Shown in pieces: positions 24,101 through 34,418 of a DNA stretch of 64,000 nt. How positions within the stretch are numbered: position 1 is the first letter of the stretch; every line of letters begins with the position of its first letter. Origin of the DNA: Thalia democratica. Taxonomy: Eukaryota. The stretch covers positions 26,908,001 to 26,972,000 of the forward strand of contig OZ241833.1 of the NCBI GenBank assembly GCA_965202585.1, written 5' to 3'. A program made the position numbers and the translations under genes. The notes below the pieces were generated by a model. It did not search any database, was not told where the DNA came from, and saw only the letters and a program-made list of their open reading frames with translations.

Positions 24101-27100
24101 CTTTTGGTTGAACCGATGTAAATTTTGTGGTCATTTACGGATGTGAGCTCGATATATGACGTTATTTAGGCAACACTTGTTTTCAACGGGGCAGTTTGGT
24201 TTCGATCTAAAATTGCAAAGTTTATCGTTTTTATCTAATTTTTTTCATGAGTTTTTGTTGTGTGAATTTATAAAGGCCATAACATTTGGTGTGCAGCAGT
24301 ATGAAATTTTATACAATTTCTGTTAACTATTTTGTGGTAGATGCTGTCTTTGTTAAAATGTTTATCTACTAAATCCAGGAAAAGTCTGCCAATTTTGGTC
24401 TCTACAGATTTACAAAAGGTGGGGTTGTAATAAATGCAATTTCTTTTTCTAATTTTGTTAATGTTTGTACTAATTGTTTGTATGTTAAATTATATTTAAA
24501 ATGACTTTCGTTTAATGCATTTTGGTATAAGCCTTTGATGTTATTAAAAACTCCTTCATTTTTAGATAGTTTGCATAATCTTTTTTTAATCATTTTTGGT
24601 ATATTGTTACGTGTATTTTTAGGATGGTTGGAATTGTTGTTGATGTAGCTAGTTTTGGAATTAGGTTTTCGGTAGGGACTGTAGGTGTTTAGGGATAGGT
24701 CCAGGGAAACGTCAAGAAATTCTGTGCTAGTGTTGCCAATGTCAATTGTAATTTCAAAGCCTATTGAAGACAGTGCTTTCATAAATTTTTTAGTGTTTAC
24801 TCCCTGGTTTTATTTTAAACATTATTACATTATTAATTTATTATAAGAACTATGTCCTTAATAATATTAATCTACTACTCCATAATTTTTAACTCTGTAA
24901 AGGTTTTGTCTTTTTAAATCCATTAGATATCAATACCCCACTGTATACCATGGTTTAATTGTATTTGTTTATGGACTATAATTTGATAATTTTTGAAATA
25001 AAGGTTATTTAGCATTAATATAATTCTTAATTTATTTATAACTTTTTTTGTAAATTAACTTAAGTCAAACCAATTTTTAATTATTTGTAATTTTTACCAT
25101 TATTATTTTACTACAGATTCCGCTCTGCGGTCAAACTTAGTAATTTTTTTTCTCAAAAGTAAAAAATTATCAATTATCAACCTCCTATTAGTGTATAGAG
25201 GTACTGTATTACTCCTATTACTGTGTCCTATTTTTGTTCTGAACTCTATAGTTAAAGCTTAGAATACTTAACATAAAAAGAGTTAAAAAAAACTTTAGAC
25301 TGTTTTATACTTTAATCATTTCAACTTTATTAAACTTAGCATGAGAAACATAACTTATTCATAACTGATGTTTTAATTAATTTAAACACAACCTTAAAAG
25401 ATTAAAGTTGTCAGTTTTACTTGAACAAGAAAAATTAACACAGGGATTTCGGGAGGTACGCACTTGACGTGATATCGTCTGCAGCTTTCAGCTCAAACTT
25501 CCACGTGCAGGTGTGTTAACAATTATAAAGTGAACAAAATTATATTTTTCTGATCTATGTTAAAAAAGTTGACTAAACAAAAACCTTTTCTCAACTTTCT
25601 CACCCAAAATATACCAGAATTTTGCAAAAGTTATTTAGGAAAACCTTTTGTTTTTGCGAATAACTCTACCTTAAATAATTAAGTTGTATATTTTTAACAG
25701 GAAGGAGAAGAGGAGCCGAAAACTGTGAAGTTGCTCAATGAAGCCATCAGTCCCGAGTCGTTCAAGGACCCAGTCATTGCTATTTTAAGTAAATAAATAT
25801 ATATACATTTTTTTGTTACAGTACAGACTGTGTTTTGACAGCATTAAAAATTTTTGATGTAATTTAACAGTAGAATTTGGATTTGCTTTTGAAGCATAAC
25901 CGCATTAATTGAAGCTACTCTAACTATATATATTTTTTGAGCTAGTGTATAGTGTATTCTATACTTGTTTCATTAAAACTAGAAGCATGACGATTTCGCA
26001 CAAAAGACAGAATACATCATATGCAACAGCCAAATTTTCTAAAATTGTTATTATATGGTTTATATTAGTTTAATTAAATTGGTAACTATATTTTAAAGCA
26101 ATGAATTTAATTGATGCTTTTTTTATTTTAGTTATTTTTTCGTGTCAAAACTTAAAAAAAATATGAAAACTTAGAATAAAAATTAAACAGTTTAAAAGAA
26201 AACTACTTTCTAGATTATTTCGAGAGCAGTTTAAAATACAAATCGTGAACGAAGCACAAAACGTTTTATTTTAACAAGCACCTTTTTGAAAACAGCGGTG
26301 TTCAGCTTTTTGGAGCCGGTATTCGCCTGGTTCGACTACTCCATATTTTCCCGCGAGTTTCGCAAACACATGGTGGCTTTGACGAACGCCGTGCAGAAAA
26401 CAAGAAACAAGGATGAAAAGGTGTTTCTTTTTGAATATTAGTAAAATTAACTTTAAAAAAAGTATAAAGACTGCATCTCAAGTACAAAGTAAAATTTGTA
26501 TATTGATATTAAAAATACAATCTTGTAATATAAATGTTAGAAGTGAATGCTAAAATTTATCTTTTTTTTTTTGTCTTATGAAAATATTATATTAGTTTTT
26601 TAAAGAGAGTTGATTTGATGCAACAAATGCTGGAAGTTCAAATTCCCGACTCTGAAGTTGCTACTGCGACACGAGGTATTAGTTTATATTCCAAAATTAT
26701 AGCTTTTTAAAGAATTAGATAAGAAAATTATTTTTGAATTGATTTAAAAAAAAACACTATACAGTATTTTTAATTAAGTGCAATACAAACTAAAAACCTA
26801 GTAAATCAACTGACTTTAAAAATTAAAAACTTTCCAGAAATAAAGCAATACATTAAATACAATTAAAAATTCAACTACTTTGCTCTTTAACACGAACTTT
26901 ACAAAAATGTCAAAACTTTAAAGCTGAAAAACAGTTAGGTTGTAAGTTATTCAAATCAATTTTTACTTCAAGGTATGACGAAGAAAGAGGTGACGGGAAA
27001 CGCGCTGATAATGATATCTGCCGGCTACGAGACGACCGCCCAATCACTGACCTTCCTCGCCTACAACCTGGCCAACAACCAGCACGTCCAAGACAAGTTG

Positions 27101-29853
27101 AGGGAGGAAATATTTGAGGCCGTCGACCGACACGACGTCAGTTGTGTTTAGTTGAAAAATAATGACTAAAATTCGCTTTTGTAGTAACCTTTTTGATATG
27201 AAATATCAGATTTCAGTGAGTTGAGTGCTTTAAAAAGACAATTAGTTTGTCAAAAATTTGTTTTGATAGTTGTAAAAATAGTTTACGCTTTTATAACAAA
27301 TTTGTGACTAAAAGTATAAGTCTTCTGGAAAGGACATGTTTTTTATCAAAACAACTACTAATTTGCCTAATTTAATACGTTTGTTTTAAGAAAACGAACC
27401 TTTCTAGTTTTAAATAATTCATGCTAACTTTAGCTCAATTTTTTACTATTTTTCAGGGTAAAATAACCTACGAAACGATTAATGATATTCCTTACCTGAT
27501 GCAATGTATAAATGAATCTTTGAGATACCTTCCAGTTGTTCCTCTGTAAGTTAAAGACAGTTTAATTTTTCATGAAAAAGTATATAACCATTATTATAGA
27601 GTATTTATTAGTTTTTACCTGTGATATACTTAAACTATATGTTTGTAACCTTAAAACTATTGCGTAGTATGTTTTATTTTTATTATCATAATTATTTTAT
27701 ATACTATTTAAAATTAAAACAGTTTTTATGACTTCATTTTTTATAGTTAAAATATTTTAATTTAACCTTGTCTAACAAGCGCAAGAGCGAGTTTATTACA
27801 AACTTGATGGAATTTAGAATTAATGATATAATTCTAGCTTTTATCATCATTATCAGCCTAAGATCAACCAAGTCTATTTTGAATAACAAATTTGTTTTAC
27901 AAAAAATATTTTTTTCTTTCAGAAACTCTCGCTTCGCAGACAATGACGTCACAATCAAGGGGGTAACGATTCCCAAAGGCACATGGATCCACATCCCGGT
28001 CGCGGGGCTTTCCCGCGCCGAGAAATACTGGGATTCTCCCGACGAGTTCCGACCCGAGAGGTTTGAGGACATGTCCAAGGTACAATGTTTTTAAAGGATT
28101 AGAAAAATTGTTAATCAAAATAAAAACTTTAACTAAGATACAAAAATGTATGTTTTAATCAAAATAGAAATGATAATTTGGTGGAAAATATTTATAAGAT
28201 TTCAGTAGTAAAAATTATATTCTTGGAGTATTTGTTTTAAAAAAAAGTAGTGTTGGTTTTGATTTCAACTGCTATAAAACCTAGCTAAAGCGAGTAAGGT
28301 ACATTTTTTACCTACAATTTTCCATTTAATAAGACAAATAAGAAAAAAGAACGTGCATTTTAACTTAAAATTTTTGTAATCACCTTTAAAATAATGAAGA
28401 TAATGTTAAAGTTTGTAGTTGTTAATTGACAAAAGTGTCAAAGATACATTTTTAAAAGACCCTTTTCTAAATTTTAATCCGATTTTATTCTAAATAAATG
28501 TTACAATAAGAAAAAAAAAGACTAATATTTTTTAGTTAACTTTAAAAATGATGAAAGTAATGACAATATTTTTTTGACGAAAACGGCTTTTTTCGAAGGT
28601 GGACGTGGGAGGAGCGTTCCAGCCGTTCGGAGGAGGACCGAGGAACTGCATCGGGATGAGGTTCGCGTTGATGGAGATGAAGCTGGTCATGTGCCACATG
28701 CTGATGAAGTACAAGATCCTCACCTGCGATCTCACCCCTGTCAGTTTGATTTCACTGTTGTGTTTTATTTTAACTGTTGATTTTTTTTAAGTTTTAGCTA
28801 GTTTGTTTTGTAGACAATTTTTTATGTTTTTTCACGTGTTCAGTTTAACTTGTGATCTCAATCCGGTCAAGTTATATATTTTTTGTTTTCGAGTATCTGA
28901 TACTAAAGGTCGAGTTTTTAACTTTCACTTAGATATAAAAGCCACCTCACTCCATCAGTTTGATTTTTAACTTTTTTAAGGACTAATAATCTTATTAATT
29001 TGTATATTTAAATAAACTTAAAGGTTGAACTTAATTATTTTAAATAAAAATACTGAACAAAATTAATCGGATCGAGTTTTATTTTTAAAAATAAGATTTT
29101 TAAAGCTAGATTAAAAAAATTAAATCAGACTTTTTATTCTTGTTGTATTCCCAGTTAAAAGCTTAACAGGATTCAATTAATTTTTAAATAAATATCTAAA
29201 GTTTACTTAATGTTGAATTAAGAGTTAGAGAAACAGTTAAATTTTACGCGTAAAGTTTATACAAAAAAATCACAGTTTCTATATACTTTTTTCTTTACTA
29301 TTTTCTTTGTACTATAAACTAAAGAAGAAGATTTAAGTTACTATACTTCTCTTAAAAATAACAAATAAATTTTGCTTAATTGGTTATTAATGCGATAAAT
29401 TTAAATTTGTTAAAATAAATTACTGCCTTTCATTATAAGTTTAAACTTGTATAATTTAATAAAGATAGTGTGTAAAACTGAATTTTTTGAATTGCATTTA
29501 CTTTTACTATAACATCGCAACTATTGTAAGGTTGAAAGCTTAATAAAAAAACTTAATACAGAAAATCAGTTATAGCAAACGTAAAAATAGATGTAAAAAA
29601 TAAAATTTTAGTTTGTTAAAAACCGGTTGAAAAAAAACTGAACTTCATCAAGTTTACTTCTGTTTAAAACATTTCTTAAACTGAAAAAGTTTTTAAATCC
29701 ATCTATAATAATTATTGTAGGAATAAGTGTGAAATAAAACAGTAAACCTCTAACTTAATTTGATTTTATTTTTAGGAAGAGCCTTTGGAAATGACATTGA
29801 CATTGACTGTTACTTCAAAAAAAGAGGTTGTGCTTAAACTGGAAGAACTTTAA
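21175..29853 (+). CDS. Cytochrome P450, CYP3-clan (CYP3A-like), copy B; complete, 15 exons, 508 aa
   Basis: Exons 21175-21248, 21703-21817, 21882-21931, 22863-22959, 23022-23098, 23310-23444, 25444-25510, 25701-25788, 26296-26420, 26606-26675, 26973-27136, 27457-27545, 27923-28079, 28599-28739, 29776-29853 sum to 1527 nt, ATG to TAA. WKRIR, SAGYETT, ESLR, PERF and heme motif [10 protein letters not shown] present; N-terminus resembles CYP3A (ETWLLLA...LGIP). Confidence 0.95.
23710..25235 (-). mobile_element. Penelope-like element fragment (RT C-terminus, linker, GIY-YIG start) between ~390-bp inverted arms, in CYP copy B intron 6
   Basis: FLDVSLDL...[18 protein letters not shown] (24782-24402), then shifted frame with VIYRA...IYIGST; arms ~23710-24100 and ~24800-25175; 12-bp duplication agcttagaatac at 23698-23709 and 25236-25247; empty site in copy A near 2800-2815. 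Confidence 0.85.
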
Positions 29854-31432
29854 AAGGACCATTACTTTATACTATAAGTTTACATCAAATACACTTTTCT
29901 TATACTGATGTATGTGAAGTAGTTATTTCGATAGTCTTACTTAGAGGCAGCACAAAAATATTTTTGATATAATGTATGAGTTATTCATTTTATACTTTTT
30001 TTATTGTCATATAAAAGAGGTTTATATAAATTAATTTTGATACAATATATTTTAGTTTTGTTTGATCATTTTCTTTAAACTACATTAGGTAGTTGTTATT
30101 AAAACTCAAATTTTATAATACTTTGTAGTTATGATGCAAATAGATGTTTCAGTAACAATATATATGTAAATATTTAAAGTTTATGTGCAAAACCTTTATT
30201 TAATTTGCAATACACACTTAAAAAGTTATTTTTGAATCGATACAATATATTTACAACTTTTAGAAGTCTTAAATAGCTTTATGTATCAACCAGTATTAAT
30301 TTCGCTTAATAAGTGTTTTCCAACCAATAAAAAGTAGTTAGTTGAGCTTTTTGAAAAAAAAATCACCGATAGGAATTTATCTATCAACTAAATGAATATA
30401 ATACTGCATCAAAAGATGTCTTTTTTTTCGATGGACATAAAGAATTTTAGCATTTTCTCTATTTGTTTAATTTCATTATCAAAAAACAATTTACTATGTT
30501 TATTATGAGCAATTTACACTTACTTAAACAGTTTGTTCTGAACTCTGTTTAAAACATGCTTTTTAATAATGGCTTTTAAATGTATATGTATCCTAAAAAC
30601 GTTTCTTTTACATTGTTTGTTATATGAAAAATTGCTTTTGTAATAAACTGTTAAAAACAACAATTTATCAATTTTTTTCTAACAAAATTTTTTTTAGATA
30701 TCACTTTTATAGCTTGTTTAATCCCTTTTTTAGTCAATACTCTGCTAGGTTTTTTTATGAAATTGAAAGTGATTTAAGAACCAAGGAATTACGCTTTGTC
30801 TAACGAGTGTGACTATTTGAAGAAATTATCTTTTAAAGAAAATTTTTTTGAAATCTTAAGTTCAGTCAAAATAAGAGCTCTAGTAAAAATCGGTTCTATC
30901 AATAAGTAGTACACCTTATTGGCCAAAAACTTTTAGTAGTGTTCAATTTACTTAAACACATAACTAGAGTTAATTAAAACTTTTAGTGGACATATACTCA
31001 CTAGTAAATTTAAAAAAGTTCTGTTTTTAAAAAATTGTAAATACTTTTTTCAATTGTCTTTAACCAGTTAAAATATTCTATCCTTTTACAGTAAAAAGAA
31101 TGATTAAAAATGTTATTACAAGCTTTTAATAAAATAAGAACTGTAAAACTTTTTTTAGTAAACTTTTAACCATTTTGTTTTATCTTGAGTTAAACATAGG
31201 CATTTAAGAATGAGCGAACTATGTAAGACTTTTATGTGTAATTGTGTAGTTGTAACCTCAAACTATGTAAGTTTAAAGCTAAAAACTAAACTACTGCCAC
31301 ACTAACTTTTAAGTGAAGCTCAAATTATTTCTAGAAAAAGACTTGCAAAACATAGCATAAAAAAACCAGTCGATTTAACAATTAAATTTATTACCTAAAA
31401 AACACCATAAAAAAGTAAAAAAGAGGCAGAAA

Positions 31433-34418
31433 TTAATGCAAATCGTAAAAAGTTGATTGCAACTTCACCGCCGTTCTCAGTCTCTTCCTTCCCTTCCTCT
31501 TCAGCTTCTTAAGCAAACCAAACGCCGTATCAATCTTGCAGTAGTTCATCTCGGGCTTCCTCCTACTTTTGGGGGATTCCCTCAAGTAGTCCTCGTCCCT
31601 TTCCTGGAAGTAGAACACTTTGGTCTCGTACACTCCGTTGCCTCCCTTGCACGGGGCGCCACCGTTCGTTGGACTGTTGAAAATAGATGTTCATTATTAT
31701 CAAAAGTTATAATTAAATTAATTTGACTGTATATAGAAAGCAGTGGCAGTTAAGTGAAATTAAAAGATTTTTTTTACAACATTTTGTCAGGAATTTTCAG
31801 CATGGTCAGTGAGCATTTTTATATTTTAAGTTAGACTTTAACAGTCTTGAAAAGTTAGATTAAATTTTAAAAGTGCTGATATTGAAAGAAAAATTTAAAA
31901 AGTAGAAACAAAACTCAGAGATTTTTTTCAATTTTTTTATCATTTTAAAAGGTGCCTTTCCAATAAAAATGCATTTTAATAGTATTTTAATTCACAAACT
32001 CACAGCTTCTCTGTGCAGTATCTCACCCTCAGCTGCGCCGTCCAAAACTGATTTCTCTTGCCCCTGTTCGCCAGCGAAAGATCCGCAACGCTCGGCCAGT
32101 GGTCATTCTTCTCTCCCTCACTTTCAACCCAGTTCTCCTTCCCCTTCCACTCCTCCAGCTGATCCTCGAACTCCTCCTCATCAGCGTCAACCCGCAGGCA
32201 GGGGGCGAGGGGGTACCAGGTGCTCCAGCCCCCGTCCTGCTTGTCACCCGGGTAGCTGAGGTCGGCGTGGGCGAGGACGGGAAGGAGGTAGTGGTAGTGG
32301 TCGAACCAGAACTTCATCGACTTAAAAAAAGAAGGTTTAAGTTGCTTTATCTGAACAGTTGAACATGAAATGAAAAATAGCTTATATGTTATTGTTGTAA
32401 TTTTGTTTGTGAAAGTATACACATTGAATAAGTTGGTTTTGATTCAAATGTAGTGAAAATTCCTTGTTTGTCTGATTAAAAAATTCAACTGCACCAAAAA
32501 GTTACATTAATATTCAGCTCTTGCAAATCTACGTACATTGTGTGCACAGCAAAAGTGCGTAACTAAAGGAGAGAATGTAACTAAACTAAAGCTAGCATAT
32601 ATGCCTATATTGACTAAATACAATTTGATGACTTTCCCCCTTTTTTGTTGACAAAAAACAAGTTTTCAGTTGTGACTGACTGATGAGTCAGGACAAAACC
32701 GGTCTCAGTCTACCAAAATCTTGTGGTCTGATGATCGAATTAGTATGATCAAAACTTGTAAAAAAATGTTTTTATTCAGGTTGTAGATAAATGTAAATAG
32801 CTTTTTAATAAAATAATTTATATCTATACACAATATTTTTCTACTTCGTTCCTTGCCTATTTAAGATTAAACATATTTCGCATGGTATTATAGAAAGATC
32901 TTTCTCAATTACAATGCAATGCCAGTTAAGTACTATGTAGGCAGTAAAAAAATTCTTTAGAAATAAGACATTTATTGAGTAGCAAATGAAACTTTATGTC
33001 ATAAATATTGTGAGAAAGAACATTGTACCTTGTTTGATTTAAAGGTACAAAGGGATGCTAAGATACCTGAAAGTTTAAAGAGCAAATCCATAGAGTTCAA
33101 TTAGGATCCTCATGGAAGGAACAAACTTAAAATGCAAAAATATGAATTTTGTTAAAAATATACCTTCTTCTTTATCTTTAAAATTTAAAAGCAATAAAAA
33201 TATTTTTAACTTGATACAAACAATAAGTTTACAATACTAAACATTTTTCAAATTGTTTTATTTTAATTTTTGAGATTTCTTAAATGCATAACTAAACGAG
33301 TGCATAGATTTGAGAAAGGTGACTGTGCTTTTTCTTTAGGTACAAAACAAAAAGAAACTAAAATATGTACTTAACATTTATATGGATTTAGGTATGGTAT
33401 ATGTGTGGTACTAAAATAAATGTCAAAAATGGTTTTCTTTTGTAAAGCTTAAAACTTGAGCAGCTTTAATGACCTTAAAATTTTATTTTAATTAATAGTG
33501 AAATTGAATTTTTTGTAAAAGCTAAAGTAAACTTCAAAACAAGCTTAAGAACGATTTTCAACAGCTGTGAAACTAGATTATCATTGCATGATTTACTACT
33601 TTAAAGTTGTTAATTTAGAACATGTCATCTGTTAATTAATCAAACTTTATATTAAATTTAAATCAAGGATAACTACACTAGTAAATATTGAAATTAAATT
33701 GAAGCTATTTTTATTATTTTTAGTTGAAAAAGGTCTTTAAAATTATCAACAAGCTTTTATTTTAACTAAAGAAAATTTTATGTCCGAAATTTTGATTATA
33801 AAAAAACTATTCATCATCTAAAACATTTATTTTGTTTGTTTATAAATAAAGCATTTGTTTACGTACACTTTTGAACAATGGTAAAACAGTTTTAATTGTT
33901 TATTAAATATTGCTTTTTTTGATGTACTTTGAACTTTGTTAAACTAAAAATTGAATGAAGTCACTAATAAGGTAAACTTTACGCTTTATTTGTGTTTGGC
34001 AAAATATTTTTTAATCTATGTTCAACAACTTGTCTACAGAGATAGCAAATTTTTTTTTACACTTACTGACTAAAACAGTTAGAACCTTTTTTATAGTCAG
34101 TAACAAATCTTTTGAAAAAAGCTGTTAAAATGCTTACAACATAAAAATTGAAAAAAAAATGTTGAAGTTATTGTTGTAAATATTTTACTTGATGCGTGAA
34201 TCACTAGCAAAGCTACCCTTAAAAAACTACAAAAATGATCATGACAAGAAATAGAAATAAATATTTGTAAAAAAACAACTTACCCCGTGGAAGGGAATGG
34301 TGTTTATGTACCCATCCATCAGTCTGTGCATCTGGCCCTGGACATGCAGGTTCTCGTAAGTGTGGCAATTCGCACCGGAAACCAGCAAAAATGCCGCCAA
34401 TAATACTTTTAAAAACAT
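31433..34418 (-). CDS. Secreted 230-aa protein with a split, degenerate thrombospondin type-1 motif and basic C-tail
   Basis: Exons 34418-34284, 32320-32004, 31673-31433 join in frame (693 nt, ATG..TAA) with GT-AG ends and GC-rich codons. Signal-peptide-like MFLKVLLAAFLLVSGANC; DGGWSTW..C, RVRYC, PTNGGAPCKG. Confidence 0.85.
32674..32710 (+). ncRNA. Minimal type I hammerhead ribozyme motif (degenerate)
   Basis: GACTGA-CTGATGA-GTC(AG)GAC-AAAAC-CG-GTC-TCAGTC: stem I GACTGA/TCAGTC, palindromic stem III ACCGGT, GTC cleavage triplet; GAAA core reads AAAA and stem II loop is only 2 nt. Confidence 0.7.
32880..33010 (+). mobile_element. Highly decayed GIY-YIG remnant, probably Penelope-like
   Basis: Broken frames give CNAS..YVG and RHLL..NE about 200 nt downstream of the hammerhead motif. 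Confidence 0.35.

Larger units (their letters stand above)
18150..28083. repeat. Right arm of inverted segmental duplication (partner 1-9500)
   Basis: Reverse complement of the left arm apart from arm-specific insertions; homology runs to the exon 13 donor at 28080-28083, where the window edge cuts the partner. Confidence 0.9.

Noticed and set aside
1-28083. Palindrome as a fold-back sequencing artefact
   Set aside because: Arms differ by many substitutions, indels and independent insertions; artefactual fold-backs are near-identical.
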